Counted from the stretch's first letter, positions 14,185 to 29,856 are shown. The stretch: 64,000 nucleotides of DNA from the human T2T-CHM13v2.0 reference genome, Homo sapiens (GCF_009914755.1 NC_060931.1); one strand, 5' to 3'. Numbers and translations: made by a program. The notes: generated by a model not told the origin, from the sequence alone.

Positions 14185-14735
14185 TGTGATGGTTAATTTT
14201 AGATGTCAGTTGACTGGATTAAGGGATGCCCAGATAGCTGGTAAAGCATTATTTCTGGGTATATCTAATGATGTTTCCTGAATAGATTAACACTTTAATC
14301 AGTGGACTGAGTGGAGAAGGTCTGCTCTTCCTTAGTGTGAGTGGGGACCATCCAATTGGTTGAAGGCCTGGATAGATCTAAAGGGAAGGCAAAAGACCAG
14401 TTCTGGAGCAGAAACATCGTTCTTCTCTTGCCCTTGGACATTATACCTCCAGGTTTTCTGATCTTTGCACTGCAGTACTTGTACCATGAATGCCCCTCAA
14501 CCCCCCTTCTCAGGCTGTCGGACTCTGACTGAGGCTTACACCATCAGCTTCCCTGATTCTGAGGCCTTTGGACTCAGGTTGGGCCAAGCTACTGTCTTCT
14601 CTGTTTCTCCAGCTTGCAGGTGACTTACTATGAAACTCTCAGCTTTCATACTCATGTGAGCCAATTCCCCTAAAAAATTTCCTTTCATATATCTGCAGGT
14701 TGGTTTTGTTTCTCTGGAGAACCCTGACTAATACA
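14185..14735 (+). mobile_element. ERVL solo LTR, MLT2B-like
   Basis: tgtgatggttaattttagatgtc...gatagctggtaaagcattatttctggg...tctctggagaaccctgactaataca; TG...CA termini; nested in L1 ORF2. Confidence 0.9.
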
Positions 14736-15563
14736 AGTGACAATGAAATCCATATAGAAAACCAAGCAGATATTTTTGCAGAAACTGACAATCTGATTCT
14801 AAAATATGTATAGAAAAAAGATTCTTGGAGAACAAAGCTTATACACACACACACACACACACACACATACATGTACAAAAGTGTATGTGTTATTATAGCT
14901 CAATTAATTGCATACATGTTATTGAAAAACTGTATGTTTTGTTATTTCATTTCTACTTTCTAGACAGCCAGTCAATAAAAGTGAAGTCAAATTTTTAACT
15001 AGACCTATAACACTGTGGGATTATAATCAAAGAACATTGAAAAATAACTCAAATATATGGCTAATTTTAATAATTTTTTGATTTAATTACAATGGGAATT
15101 CTGTGAAGAGATCATTGCTTTTCCCAATGTAACCAAGAAATTATTTTCAAACATACATAATTGCTCTTCAGCTTTGTCACAGCTAGCTCTTCTAAAAATT
15201 ATGTCTTGATTGTATTTGTGAAGAATCAGCATAACTATATGAATCAGGAATTGAGATAAAATGTTAGATGTGATCATCACAATGAGATATATTGATATTA
15301 ATACCTCTATTAAAATATGGTGAATGCCAATACTCCTTGTCATGAGTAATTTCACATGAAAAGATAGCATTACTAATTTTCTGAATAGTTGATAGCATGG
15401 ATAATTGCAGTTAATGAAAAATGTTGCAAATTAAATCTAGATTAGAATGACCAAATATTTAGTATTTTATTTTAGGAGAATCATGTTTTCAACAAATAAA
15501 TATACTCAGTTTCCAAATTGAGATTGGTATAATTAGATAACTCTTTTTGAAATTATGTATCTC

Positions 15564-15861
<298 letters not shown>

Positions 15862-15865
15862 TATT

Positions 15866-15932
<67 letters not shown>
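15862..15932. repeat. (TA)n microsatellite at the Alu tail
   Basis: Directly visible. Confidence 0.95.
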
Positions 15933-16232
15933 CAATTAAATAATCTCTGTAATAATCATGCCAAATTAATCTTAATACAGGGCATTTGAACCTTTAACCT
16001 GTCTAATAACTAAATATTAGTGTTATTTATATTCTAAGACGACTTCTAAGGTCTTTACTAAATATCTCCCAAATCTGTGAGTTAATAAGTGGCTACAAAC
16101 AATTCAAGGGCTAATTTGCATGATTCGAGTATTTGTACATCTATTTCTGAATATAAAGTAAGCTCACAGAGTCCTATTATAGATAATTAGTGATCATTAC
16201 TCAACCAATTCTGCTAATATTAGGGGAATTTT

Positions 16233-16537
<305 letters not shown>

Positions 16538-18689
16538 GGGAATTTTATTTTTATCTAAGACTCTTGTTTGGTTTAGTGACAGTAGAACTAAACATTAGAT
16601 TGGGGGCAATTATTAATTATATTGTTAATGAAGAGATACCACTAGCACACTAAGAACTGTCTGCTTCTCTTTATTTATTCTACAATTTAGTGTTTTACAT
16701 TAATATTTATGTTTCTCCCTCTGATGTCTTCCTACAGAAGCATATTTTATAGACACTCCAGACAGTGTTATAAGCTGCCAGCAACTCTGAATTTTAGTAG
16801 TCCTAGTCTTCCTGTTTAGGTCTAAGTTCCATACAATTCAAACATAGCAATTGGCGGTATTAACCTTGAACAAAAAGCTAGCCCTATACAAGCGACATGC
16901 TTAAAATATATTGACATTTTGTACAAACGGAATTCACGAAGTCATCATATTTAAATAGATGACAATGACTTGCAAAATGCTCTGGTCTAAGAAGGTCTTC
17001 TAGAGTAGTTACAAAAAAAATAGAAAACATATAGAATGAGCCAACTACTTAAATAATACTTAATTAAAATGGCAACATTTCTGGGCTTAAAGTTATATAT
17101 ATGTCCTTATTCATACATACTGTAGAAATATATTTTTATTTTATACCCCTTTACCTTCTTTTTCAGAGAATCACAAAATATACTGTTTTTGGTCAGTTAT
17201 GTCATAAAAAGAAATAGCTATTTTGTTGTTAAAAACATAAAATTTACTTTTAAAAGCATTTTTTACTGCTTTGCATTAAATAATAAGAAAAATATTCAGA
17301 TGTAATTTTAAGTGAAAACATTCTATTACATTTTTATACTTAGAATTTAGATATATAAGTCAATCAAAGTCTGGCTGTATTTTTTTAAAAGCAAAAACTA
17401 TCTTACTGAATATATACAAAGATGTTCAGGGATGAGCTTTCAAAGGGCAGTGAGTGAGACAATAATTCAAACCCACATGGATATTTCGAGTAAAAATCTA
17501 GTTGTCATAAAATATTGATGAACAATTTAATAAAAATACAATACTTTAAATACTATACACTCATGCTGTTCAAGAAACATACCTTTTAAAATTACAATAA
17601 ACAGCACCCTATAGAAAATGTGTGTATGTGTATTTCATCAGAACAAAATGAGCTTAAAATCAGAAAATACTTGAAATAAAGTGGAGAGTGTCTGCCAATG
17701 ATGTTTTCGAAGTTAAATCAATTGCTGAAATTGACTAATTTTTAACAGGCTAATGCTTAGTGAGACCTCAGAGCCTGTGAACTAGCAGGTATCTACAGTT
17801 TGGGTATGGGTGGGTCAGTCAATCTTGAACACCCTTGGCACCACTGGCTGTATGTGTAACGTTGATAAAAATTATGGCTGCATCAGTGATGGGCCTCCAG
17901 CGTGATGCACACTGCCAAAAGCAGCCTCTTCATGACCTCTGATAATTTGATTCTGCCACTGGGTTCTTGGAAAAGCTGCTGAGGCAAGCATTAGACCTGC
18001 AGAAAGGGTCACCTATTTCTCATGCTCCAGACAAGATTTTAGCCTTGAGCTGAAAGTTTAAAAAGAATAATATCCCATGAATGAAGAAAAAAATCAGCAT
18101 TTTTCTGAAAAGTAACATGAATACAGGCCTAGTCACACAAAATTACAAGTGTGTGTTATTATTCAACCAATCTCTTGCATAGCTAAAGTAACATCTCCGG
18201 GAAAACTATTATTTCCCACTCAAAATGAGATGAACAGATTCAATGACTACAGATTCAATTTATTTATAATTATGCCTTGTAATTATAGCCATATATGCTG
18301 CAACTTTCTTTATTTGTACAGTAAAGGTGCATTTCATCTTGCAGCCCACCTGTATTCAACACAGAATAAGTCTGTACTACAATTCTGTAGCTGTATTCTA
18401 AAGCGAAATTAAGTATTTTTTTAAATAAAAAAAAGCCCTTTATACTTGCTTGAGTTTTAACAATGCATTAAATAGAAAGGGCAGCTTACCCTGAGAAATG
18501 TATTCATCTCTGCAGGAAGCGAAGAAGGTTTTATAAAAAGTAATGCATTTTCAGTGAAGCAACTAATTATTGACGATACAACTGGGCACTTGTGCTTCCA
18601 ACAGCCAATTTCATAGACTCTCTGTCAAGTAAAATCCAATTTTAAGATTTATAATACAACTAACTTTTGCCAAAAGGAAAAATGTTAAT

Positions 18690-18850
18690 GTAAGACAAAA
18701 TTGGAAGGAACTTGGAGATCACTGGGTGGAATCTCCTCTTTTAACCAGTGAGAAAAGTCAATGCCCAGAAGGCTCAAAGGAGTTTCCTAAGTTTATACAA
18801 TTAATTACTATCAAAATAAGGGCTAAACCTCAAACTATCTACTTTCAATA
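18690..18850 (-). mobile_element. MIR fragment
   Basis: ggaaggaacttggagatca...ttttaaccagtgagaaaagtcaatgcccagaagg resembles the MIR core. Confidence 0.55.
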
Positions 18851-19989
18851 GAAAGTGCTCTTTAGCAAAAACAGTATTTCTGAGAAATATATTTTGATTT
18901 ATGTGCCAAATATAAATAGAAAATGCAGGTATACTTAAAGCAAAAGTTTCTTTGGCAGAATCATCTAATGAGGTTATTCATTTCAATAATTCAGTCAAAA
19001 TCCCGCCAATTTGATACAAATCAACAGGTCTAAATACTTTCACTCAATATTTCAAACCCTTCAAGCCTTAAATGGCTGCTCAGTCAACAAATCTGTTGAC
19101 ACTTGTAGAATTGTAAATGGCTATAACCTAACTGGGGTTTTCTTTTAAAACTTACCACACCTTCCCAAATATTCCCTTTACTTCCTGAGATGATATAAGA
19201 TTACATAATTATTGTGATTCCTGCAGCTCTGAAATTTTAACTATTTTAAGGCAGTGTTACTTGTCTATAGAAATTTATTTTTCTTTGTATTATTTTAAAC
19301 ATTTACAAACATCTATTTTCTTGGAAAATATAAGTGTAATCCCATTCAACATTTAAAGTCCTATAGAATGCCCGCTTATCTGGCTCCCTGGGACAATAGA
19401 ATTGTATCCGTCAGCATTCTCCCAGACTCTGCCTTCACATCTCTCTGGGAAAACTGAGCATTTCTTCTTGTATCAAGACTCTTTATGCTAATCTCTTCCC
19501 AACTGGTTTTTAAATACTTTGAGAGCAGGACCTGTATTTTTATTTACTTATTTATGCCATCCCATCCCACCATCACCACCATGTTGTCAAACTCAAGGAG
19601 AGTTTCTTTGGTAAAATGAATGGACAAATTCTATTTAAAAACCAGGGCAACAAGTGTAAAAGAACCAAAGATAAAACTACCTGTCAAATATGCAATTCTA
19701 AGGTAGCAGTGTCTTTGCTGAGAATGCTTAGGACGTACATTATAAATCCTAAGTCTGATTATAATTTTATGGCTCATACATTTGTTAAGTCCTGACTTCT
19801 TGTAAGAATGAAAATAAACACAATTGTAAAGTAGCCAAAAGGAAAATAGGGTCAAAACTTATCTTTATGTAAAGGTAGCCTGAATACACAGAAGACAGAA
19901 TTTAGGTCAATATGTAGTGTTCTTAATTACCCATCTTAATAAAGAGTAAAATTAAAGTAAAAATGATTATGGATGATTAAAGATACTCT

Positions 19990-20540
19990 ATAATGAGACA
20001 TTTCTACACAATTTTAAAAGAAGATAAGTTGATTAGATATTTTTGAAAGACAATTTAGCAATAGATGTCAAAACCTTAGGCATTTTTCAACCATTTAATC
20101 TTCCCCCTCATTTTTTTTTTTTGGTAAAGCTATGAAAACAATTGATTTGCAAATATTTAGATATTTTATGTCAATCCTTTTTATATGTTAGGAAATAATT
20201 AAAAAGGATTATCTACATATCCAGCAATATGAATTTTAAAAAAATATGGTAATCGGCAAAATGCAAGTATAAAAAGGTATTTAACACAACTATCTGGAAA
20301 ACTGCTAATGAAATATAAAGATGTTCAAAATGCAAAGGCTAAAAAAGTGAAACAATTATAATGTTAAAAAAGTGAAGTTGTAAAGCAGTATGTTAAGTAT
20401 GGTCTCACATAAGTCAAATCCAGATGCACAGATAATAAAATGCTAAGAATGGGCAATTTTGAGTGGACAAATTACAGGTGGATTTTATTTACTTATTTGT
20501 AAAATATGAATTTTTTGTAATAAACATCTATTTTATTCAG
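19990..20540 (+). mobile_element. Very old L1 (L1ME-type) 3' fragment
   Basis: ttttgaaagacaatttagcaatag and aaagtgaagttgtaaagcagtatgttaagtatg; heavily diverged. Confidence 0.5.
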
Positions 20541-21349
20541 CACAATATTACCTTTAATCTGTTAACATTTTGGTATGAACATAATATTTAACTCTTATTT
20601 AACTCACCTTGATGGCTACTATAAACTTCATGTCACTGGTAGTGAAATGTTATGAAACATTAATAATAATTCCCAAGTCTTACAAGTAAATATAAATGAC
20701 TGACAATGACCTTACCTAGAAAGCTAATTGTACAAAGTTAAATTCAATGAATAGTCTTATATATTGCATAAATAAAGTCTCTTCAAAATTTTTCCAATAG
20801 AACCCAAAAATTCACATTCATTAGGGTAACATAATAAAAAAGAATTTTCCTTTTGTTTAATCTGTATGCTAAATGCATTTAAGATAAAAATTAAAAATTA
20901 ATAGTAATTCCCATTATTAAGAGTCTTTTCCAAGTAATTAGAATTACATGCTTTCAGAGAATAGTTAAATGAATAAAAAATCTCACTTATGAAATTAATT
21001 GTTGTAAAAGTTTAAAGACTGGTGAAATCACTCTAGTGTAATTTGGAAATGTATAATGACTTTGTAGAAGAAATTTTACTTAATCTAGACTAATATGACT
21101 AGGTAGGCAATTTGAGATGCTGTGTCTTAGAATGGATGGATTTCAGTGAAAGAAATCCTAGAGTTAGAAATAAGACCAAGAAGGAGTGAAGTCACTTTGG
21201 AGTGAAAATTCAGAGCTTTTCTGGCTGGATCAGATATATCACCCTCCTGAATCACAAGATAACATCTCATATCCCACATCTCCTTATCTCATGTAAGTAG
21301 AATGGGGTAAATATTGTGGACTTTGGATGATAAAATTGAGAGGTTTGCA

Positions 21350-22265
21350 TTTGTTCATCATAAGTTCATTTTCATTATTAGTATATGCCCAGCATTATAC
21401 TAAATGGACAAAGACAAGAAGATTTCTATTCTTATGTACTTTGTGTTCTAGCAGAAAGAGACACACTATAAACAGTACATATCATATATAAGTACATTAT
21501 GCATTATGTAGGAAGACAGTAAGAGTTATGCAAACAGAAAAAACATAAAGCAGAAAGAGAAATTGTCAAAAGTTGAGGAAATTGTCAAAGTTGAGGGATT
21601 GTCAACTTTGAAGAAAAAAATGTGGTAGCAGTAGTCTGCAATATTAAATAGAATAGTCATCATTTTTCTCATTGAGGAGGTGAGATTTGAGCATAGACTC
21701 AAGAAAAATATGAATTATCGATGCAGATATCTCAAGGAAGAGCAATCTGGGTAGAGAGACCCGATAAGATAGAGACCCGATAAGATAAAGCCCCTAAAGT
21801 GGGGATACTGTGTTTTATGTAAGGAACTTCATAGCTAGTGTAGCTAAAGTAGATTGACGGAGGGAGAGACAGATTAGGCAGAACTAGAAGAAAAGAAATA
21901 AGGATACATGAAGAGTTTTGAATAACGAATTTATTTGGCTAAAATTTCAGTCAGTGAAAACCTTTTAGTTGCTGTTTTAAGCAATGCTAATAGAAAGACA
22001 AGAGCAGAAATAGTGAAACCTACCTGCAGTAACACAGTGTTTGTTAGATAATGGTAGTTTAGACCAGAGTGATAGCAGTGATGAGAATGGATGACAGTCT
22101 CAGTATCTTTTGAAGGTAGACCTAATACTGGCTGAATTTTACATGGCATGTGAGAAAAAAGAGAGGTCAGTATTGGCATCAAGGTATAAGGCTTGAGCAA
22201 CCGGAGAAAGGTAGTTGCCATTTTAAGATGAGGAAGACTATAGGAATATAAATATGGTAGAAAAA
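21350..22265 (-). mobile_element. L2 fragment
   Basis: ttgaggaggtgagatttgagcatagactc, tttgaaggtagacctaatactggctga and ggtataaggcttgagcaaccggagaaaggtagttgccattt are typical reverse L2 motifs. Confidence 0.75.
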
Positions 22266-22859
22266 GATCAAGAATTTATTCAATCAATGTTTTTAGGAAT
22301 TTATTCATTTCTTTTAAATTACTCAATTTTTTGGTGAATAATTGTTCATCATATTCTCATGATCTTTTATATTTCTGTGGTATCAGTTTTAATGTCTCCC
22401 TTTAATTTGTAATTTTATTTATTTAAGTCTTCTCTCTTTTTGGCTTGGTTAGTGTAGATAAAAGTTACAACAAGGAGGAAGTAAGGACTTCTTAATATTC
22501 AATGCTCAATTAAGGCTGTGAGAACATTCCTAAAAATTGTCAAAATCAACTTTTTTCACAAATCTGGAAATTAAAGTTTTGTGACAGTACAAAGACCATT
22601 TATTCAATAAAAGTAGCTAAATTTCCATGAGAACAGTGAGATTTGTAGTATTTTAATTTGCTCTATTCCTACCTTCCTCTTCCTATCTCCTCAATATCCC
22701 TGAAAACCAATGACTCTACAATTTCAACATAAATGATCAGGCTAGCAGTCACTGCAGGTGACAAAAGGATTTTGGGCTTTCCAAAAACCCTACTCCCAGA
22801 AAACTGACATTTTCTGATTCATCTGGAAGTTCTCTAAAAATGCCCACTCCCGGGACTTA

Positions 22860-25800
22860 ATAAAAATTGAACCAGATCTCAACATTCATTTTAAGAAACT
22901 AGAAAAAGAGAAAACTAAATCTAAAGCATGGAAAAAGGAAGACAATTGTAAATATTAGAGGGGTGATAAATGAAAAAGATGTTAGAAAAACAAGAAAATC
23001 AATTATGTTAAAAATATTTCTTTGAAAAGATCAAAAATTGACAGCATTTTAGCAAAACTGACAAAAAGAGACTTCTCAAATTACTAAAATCAGGAACGGA
23101 AGAGAAGACATTACTACTGACTTTATTGAAATGGGACAGATTATAAAGGAATACTATGAGCATTGCAATTCTACAAATTAGAACATCTACATAAAATGGA
23201 AAAACTCCTAGAAAGACACAAACTATCTAAACTGATGAAGAAATAGAAATTCTGAAAAGTCTTATAACAAGTAAAGGGACTGCATTAGTAATTTCTTACA
23301 AAGAAAGGTCCAAGTTCAGATGGCTTTACTGGTGAGTGCTACCAAATGTGTAAAAATTGATTAATACCCTTCAGAAAATCTTCCAGAAACTAGAAAAGGA
23401 AGGAACACTCCAAACTCATTTTATGAGGCCAGTATTACTCTGATACCAAAATCAGACAAAGACATCACAAGAAATCTACAGAGTAATATCCCCTTTCAAC
23501 ATAGATGCAAAATTCTCAACAAAACACAGTTGACCCTTGAACAACATGAGTTTGAACTAGATGGGTCCACTTATACACAAATTTTCTTCAGGTTTCACCA
23601 TGCTTGACACAGCAAGACCAAACTCTCCTCCTCTTCTTCCTCCTCAGTTCATGCAACCAGAAGAAACAAGAACAAAGACCTTTATGATAATTTACTTCCA
23701 CTTAGCAAATATTAAATATATTTCCTCTCCCCTATGGTTTTCATAACATTTTGTTTTCTCTATTGTTTATTTTAAGAATACCACATATAATATATATAAC
23801 ATAAAATATGTGTTAATCAACTATATTATTGGTGAGGCTTTTGGTTAACAGTAGGCTATTAATAGTTAGATTATATGGAGTCCAAAGTTACATGAGGATT
23901 TTCGACTGCACAGTGGTCAGCACCCCTAACCTCTACATTGTTCAAGGTTCAACTGAACCAACAAATAGAATCCAGCAATATATGAAGATGATTATATGGC
24001 ACAACCAAATGGATTATTCTAGGAATGCAAGGTTGATTAAACAAAAGAAAATTAATTAAGGTACCATATTGTATTAATAAAGTATAAAACAAAAACAAGT
24101 GATTATATTAATACATGGGGAAAAAGCATTTGATAAAATTCAACACACTTTTATTTAAAAAATACTCAACAATCTGTGATGAAGCAATAAATTCCTCAAC
24201 CTGATAAAAGTAATCTATAGAAAAGCCCAAGATTAACATTATAATTAATGGTGAGAGACTAAAAAGCTCCTACTTAATATCAGGAAGAAGACAAGAATAT
24301 CCAATCTTATCACTTCCACTCAATAACATACTGCAGGTTCTAGCCAGGCCAACATGCAGAAAAAAAACAAAAATCTAGATTAAAAAGGAAGGAAAAAAGA
24401 CATCATTATTCACAGAAAATATGATCTTATAAATAATAAAAGATCCTAGGAAATCCATAAAAATATAAGCTATTAGAACCAGTATGTAAGTTCAGCAAAG
24501 TTATATAATACAAGATCTATATAAAAAAGTCAGTTGTACTTCTATGCCTAGCAATGAACAATCAAAAAACAAAAATAAGGAAAAAATTTCATTTATAATA
24601 GTACCCAAAAGAATAAAATACTTAAAAAGAAAATAAATGCACTGAAGACCTAAGTGAATGAAAAGATATTCCAATTTCATAGATCAGGTGACAATATCGT
24701 TATGCTACTAATACCGCCCAAATTGATCTCTATTAAAGTATAATGTTTATCAGAATCCCAACTTGCCTCTGTGTAGAAATTGATAAGCTATTACCAAATT
24801 CATATAGAAATGTAAGTGATCCAGAACAGCTAAAACAAACTTGCAAAGGAGGAACACATCTAGGGCATTCACACTTCCTGATTTTAAAACTTACTACAAA
24901 GGTACAATAATCAAGACAGTATGGTACTGCAATAGGGATATACATATAGATTAAGGAAAAGAATTTACAGTCCAAAAAACAACCCTTATTATTTTGTCAT
25001 TTATTTTTTGTCAAGGGTGTCAAAATAATTTATGTGTGATAGAATAGCCTTTTCAACAAATGTTACTAGGATAACTAGATATACAAATGAAAAAAAGAAG
25101 AAGTTTGACCTCTGTCTCACTACAATACACAAAATTAAATGAAAATGCTTCAAAGTCCTATATGTAAGATATAAAAGTAAAAATCTTAGAAGAAAACATA
25201 AGTGTAAATTGTGACCTTGGATTTGGCAATGGTTTCTTAGATGTGACACCAAAATCACAAGTAATTAAATTTAAAAAGTAGATAAATTGAATTCAATTGA
25301 AAATAAAAATATTTGTAGTTCCATGGACATCATCAAAAGCACAAAGCAAAACACACAAAGAACTGTATAAAATATTTGTAAATTATACATCCAATAGCTA
25401 ATAAGTACCCAAAATATATAACAAATCTTACAAATCAGCCATAAAAAGGTAAGTTTCTTAATTAAAAATGGGGAAGGAATTTGAATAGCCGCGTCTCTAA
25501 AAAAAAAAATATTCAAGTGGCTAAAAACCAGATGGAAAGATTACTGACATCATTTATTTACAAAATGTAAATTTAAAGGACAATAAATTATAATTTTGCA
25601 CCCAGTAGTATGGATAAGATAAAGATGAGACTGTAGCAAATATTTTCGAGGTTGTGTAGAAATTAACACCGTCATACATAGCTGGCAGGAATGTCAAATG
25701 ATGTGGCCACCTTAGAAAACAGTTTGGCACTTCCTCAAAAAATTAAACACAGAATTGTCATATAACCTTTCGATTCCACTCCTAGGTTGTATGCTTAAGA

Positions 25801-25890
25801 GAACTAAAAACATTCACATAAAAAATTGTATGTGGATATTCATATCAACATTATTTATACTTGTCAAACACTGAAATAACCCAGATACTT
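22860..25890 (+). mobile_element. Old L1M (L1MB/MC-type) ORF2 fragment, interrupted by Tigger2a
   Basis: Collinear L1 ORF2 motifs (cagatggctttactggtga, aactcattttatgaggccagtattactctgatacc, aaaacttactacaaag, gattccactcctagg); decayed. Confidence 0.9.
23527..23955 (+). mobile_element. Tigger2a-like non-autonomous DNA transposon
   Basis: TIRs cagttgacccttgaacaa / ttgttcaaggttcaactg; ~430-bp body matches recalled Tigger2a; TA TSDs decayed. Confidence 0.9.
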
Positions 25891-26829
25891 ACCAATTCAG
25901 TTTTTATTGGTTCATGTTACTCAGCAGTAATATGAAAAATAGAAAATAGAATTCAAGCTTTATTTTTGTTAAATTAAGGTCTGCCAAGTTTACTGAGGAG
26001 TTGTCTGTGGGAAAGTTGGGAAACAGAACATATTTCATATGTTGAATCAGCGAGAGTAGGGCTCATAAAGTGCCAATAGAAATGCACTTTTTGAAGGGAA
26101 GGAGCATAGACTGAGGGACTTCAGCAATGGTGTGAGAGAGAATGTGAAGTGGCAGAAGCCACTGAAACCCAATTTATTTCACAGGACCAGTGATAGTGAG
26201 ATTTCACTAAACATCACACATGTAAGTCCTATTTGCAAGAAGCAGTTTGCTTTTGTGGCCTCTGACAAAAAAGAGGTCCTTTGAGTTGTGAAAATGAATC
26301 TATTAGGCAAGATGTAATGGACCGTCAGTAGCACAGAGAAATATTATGTAGGGAAGTTGAACAGATAAACCGAATTTTTTCAATAATGAATAATTAAAAA
26401 GAATTGACCCAGCATTTCCATAAAGATAGTAAAAGAAGATAAAAAATAAAAATATGTTTACTAGCAAAAGACTATAATCAGAAACATATTGTCATTTTTT
26501 AGGTAAGAAGTGAAATAAAGTTTCCCCCATTAATTAACAATTGGTTAGTGAAACAATCATCTCTCTGGAAGAGGGTCAAGAAATTTAAATGCAGAAATTC
26601 AGAGAAGTGGCTGGAAGATACCATGAGGGGATAAAATAAGAGATGGCATAATTCAGGAAAATTGTATCCTCCTGCACCCCCCACTCCCGCCAAATTACAC
26701 AAATAAATACAAAATTGATAGCAGCCCAAGGGCAAATCGACTCTGTGGCAAAGTAACACATAGCATATTAAATAAAAATAGTAAGTACAATGAATCAGAA
26801 ACAGAACTGTGAAAAACCAGAAGAAAAAA

Positions 26830-28060
26830 GGAGCAAAACAAGAAGACTTTTGGTGTGATGGAACTGCTGTGTATGGTATTATGATAGTGGATGCACAGTT
26901 CTATGCATCTGTTAAAACAAAAATATAAACTGCAAAAGTAAATTTTACTATCAACAGTATTGAAAAATCAACCACAATTTAAGGAAATCCAAGATGAAAT
27001 ACAGACTGTAACAACTGTATCTGAATATTAAAGGTGTTGGATCTGATAATGAAGGCACTAAAAAAACTTTGTAAAACTGTGTTTTAACCATATAATCTAA
27101 GACTAAAATAAAAAAGAACTGTAAACAAACACTGTATTCCAGTTGGTAAATTTATGTCTCACAAGGGTATTGATTTGCAATTCTGCAACTACTTTACCTG
27201 TATTCTAGCTTTGGACATAAATATAAATGTATTATTGATAATGAGAGCCAGGTGTCTGTCTGAGAAATAAAGAGAGGTTAATGCTACAGTGAACTCTGTG
27301 TTGCTGGACTGGAATCAGAGAGTGTGAACTCATATTTCTGTTAATGCATTCCAGGTAGAGAGCTAAGTAATAAGTATAGATATGTGTGTATAAATGGATT
27401 AGTGTATATATATATATATATATATATGTCCTAATTCTCTCAGCTGACAGGGCCTCAAAACTGACACCTCCATAGCAAGGGGCACACCTGGCAACTGAAT
27501 CTTAATTTCAAAACATCCTTCTCCAACCAAAGAAGCTAGGGCTTTTTGAAGAAATACCTGCATCTAGACCTGGTGCCAAAAAAAAAAAAAGTGTAAAATG
27601 AGTCTTAGAGCATTTTGTGTTGCCAGAAAGAAAAAGGAGGAATAAACAAACCAAACAAAAACAAAAAACCTAGAAGGCTTATGAAAAGAACACAGGAATG
27701 AACCGTAAATAGCTTCAATCATCAAAGTCAGAAGAATTTGTGCAACAAAACAAAAACTGAGACTATTGATTGAAATACCTTAAGTAAAATGAATACTTAG
27801 TTTATAGTGATATAATGATTGAATGAATAAATTCATGGGAGGAGGGAACATTGTACATTACAGAGTGATTCCAATTAATAAGTACAGAAGGAATAAGGAA
27901 AATAGGAAATAACTATTAGAATATTATCGTAATATTTATTGCAGGCAATATTCACTGAGGAATGCTAGAATTAGTGGTAGATTCCTTAAAGTGAAACAGG
28001 ATATATGCATAGCCTCAAAATATCTTTGCCCAAATAGTGATTATTTACGGTAGTTGTTTT
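26830..28060 (+). mobile_element. Old L1MC 3'UTR fragment(s)
   Basis: ttttggtgtgatggaactgctgtgtatgg, aatccaagatgaaatacagactgt and aaacaggatatatgcatagcctcaaaatatct; contains (TA)n at ~27405-27427. Confidence 0.65.
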
Positions 28061-28745
28061 AATATATATCCTTAAATAATTGAATAATCCTCTCTCCAGG
28101 AATTGGAACTTAATTCTTTCCATGAGAGTTTTAACAGCTGCACTGCTTTGGGAGAATTTGGCTTCAACATTTCTTCTAGGGCAACTCTGAATACAGCAGA
28201 TGTGAAATTATCATGTTTCCAGCTCGCACCCTCATGCTGAGATGACCCACTCATGAAACAACCTGAAGCCTTTTCCCCCAGTTTCAGAGAAAGAAAGAGA
28301 CCCACCATTTGAGCATAGCGGTGAACTGAAGGAGAGTGCAATGACAGTAAGTGATTGGTTGTGAGGGAGGGCTACCTGCTTATTTTGTATTTTTGTGATC
28401 TTTTATCTTTCTAGTGTTTTATTTCAGATGTATCATGTTAATCTTAGAATAAATGGATATTTTGTTGTTCTCATTCGAATACATGGCTTGGTGTTTCTGA
28501 TAAAACACAGCCTACGTTGAGCTGTTTTGGCCACAGCCCAAGTTCTGGCTCAATGGGCACCTAGTGTTCCATGGTTGGTTGCTCCATCAGTTCCAGGTGC
28601 TGATAGCCACTTTGCTATTCTCCTGGAAAAGGGAATCATCCAAAGATCAAGAACAAGGTTTGGGGAAGAGAAGACTTAATAAAATAATTAAAGTGGTAGA
28701 ACTATTTGTATGCACTGAGTCTCTACCCTGAGTATAGAAAATGTA

Positions 28746-29120
28746 TGTAGTAGTCTGTTCTCATGCTGCCAATAAAGACATACCTGAGACTGGATACTTA
28801 TAAAGGAAAGAGTTTTAATTGACTCACAGTTCAGGATGGCTGGGGAGGCCTCAGGAAGCTTACAATCATGGCAGAAGGGGAAGCAAACACGTCCTTCTTC
28901 ATATGGCTGCAGCAAGGAGAAGTGCTGAGCCAAAGGGGGAAAAGCCACTTACAAAATCATCAGATCTCACGAGAACTCAGTCACTATCAGGAGAATAGCA
29001 GCATGGGGGTAACTGCCCTCATGATTGAATTACCTCCCACTGGGTCCCTCCCATGACATGTGTGGATTATAGGAACTACAATTCAAGACATTTAGGTGAG
29101 GACACAGCCAAACCATGTTA
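28746..29120 (-). mobile_element. THE1 (THE1C-like) solo LTR
   Basis: tctgttctcatgctgccaataaagacatacctgagactgg...acacagccaaaccatgtta; perfect 5-bp TSD atgta at 28741-28745 and 29121-29125. Confidence 0.95.
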
Positions 29121-29856
29121 ATGTACCTCCTCTCTACATATACTTTAAAAAAGACAAGCTCAATTCTTAAAGTATGTTTTATGATTAATTAAAAAGAAAT
29201 AATAAAATAGAAAATGAAAAGCTCACACTTCTGCATAATCAGTATTATTTCATAAAATATTTTGGAATAGAGGATATAAAAATAGCAGAATATGTGGCAA
29301 AGAAATAGACCTAAAAGGAACAAAATTGTATCTTAAAAAATAGATACATAAAAATTAATGAAGTATATTAATTAAGTATATGGTATGGCATTAAAAAAAG
29401 CACAACAAACAAAAACAAAGGCTGAAGAAAATGATACAAATGAAACAGAGACTAATGAGTAGCACAATAGAAAGTCAGTAAATCTCATAGGAGGAATCAA
29501 ATGAAATGCTAAGTAGCTTACTTACTCTCATTTATACATATAAAGTCTAAAAATTTAAATATCTGAGAAGTGAAATCAGCAGCACATTTAACTTACATAT
29601 CATAACCAAATTCTTCATTCTCCCCCACCTCACCTCAGCAACCACCACCAAGGAATGCAGTGGATACTGATTATAAAGGATTTGGACAACTGTAAGGAAA
29701 ACTGGAAAACAATATGGGTATGTCATACTTTATATCGTACTCCTAGATGTAGGAAGCAAAACCAAAGAAAGTACTAGAGGAAAATGTGAGAGTTATTTTA
29801 TATATTTAGAGAGGAAAATTCAGTTTTTAAAAAATGAACATTTTATTTTAGAGTAG

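Larger units (their letters stand above)
12760..14830 (+). mobile_element. Old L1M ORF2 fragment, interrupted by an MLT2 LTR
   Basis: tctttgaaaagattaataaaattg, cattttacaaggccagtgttactctgatagcaaagccagacaaaga, gatgcaaaaatcctcaa, actgtactggaggttctagcc; many stops. Confidence 0.85.
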
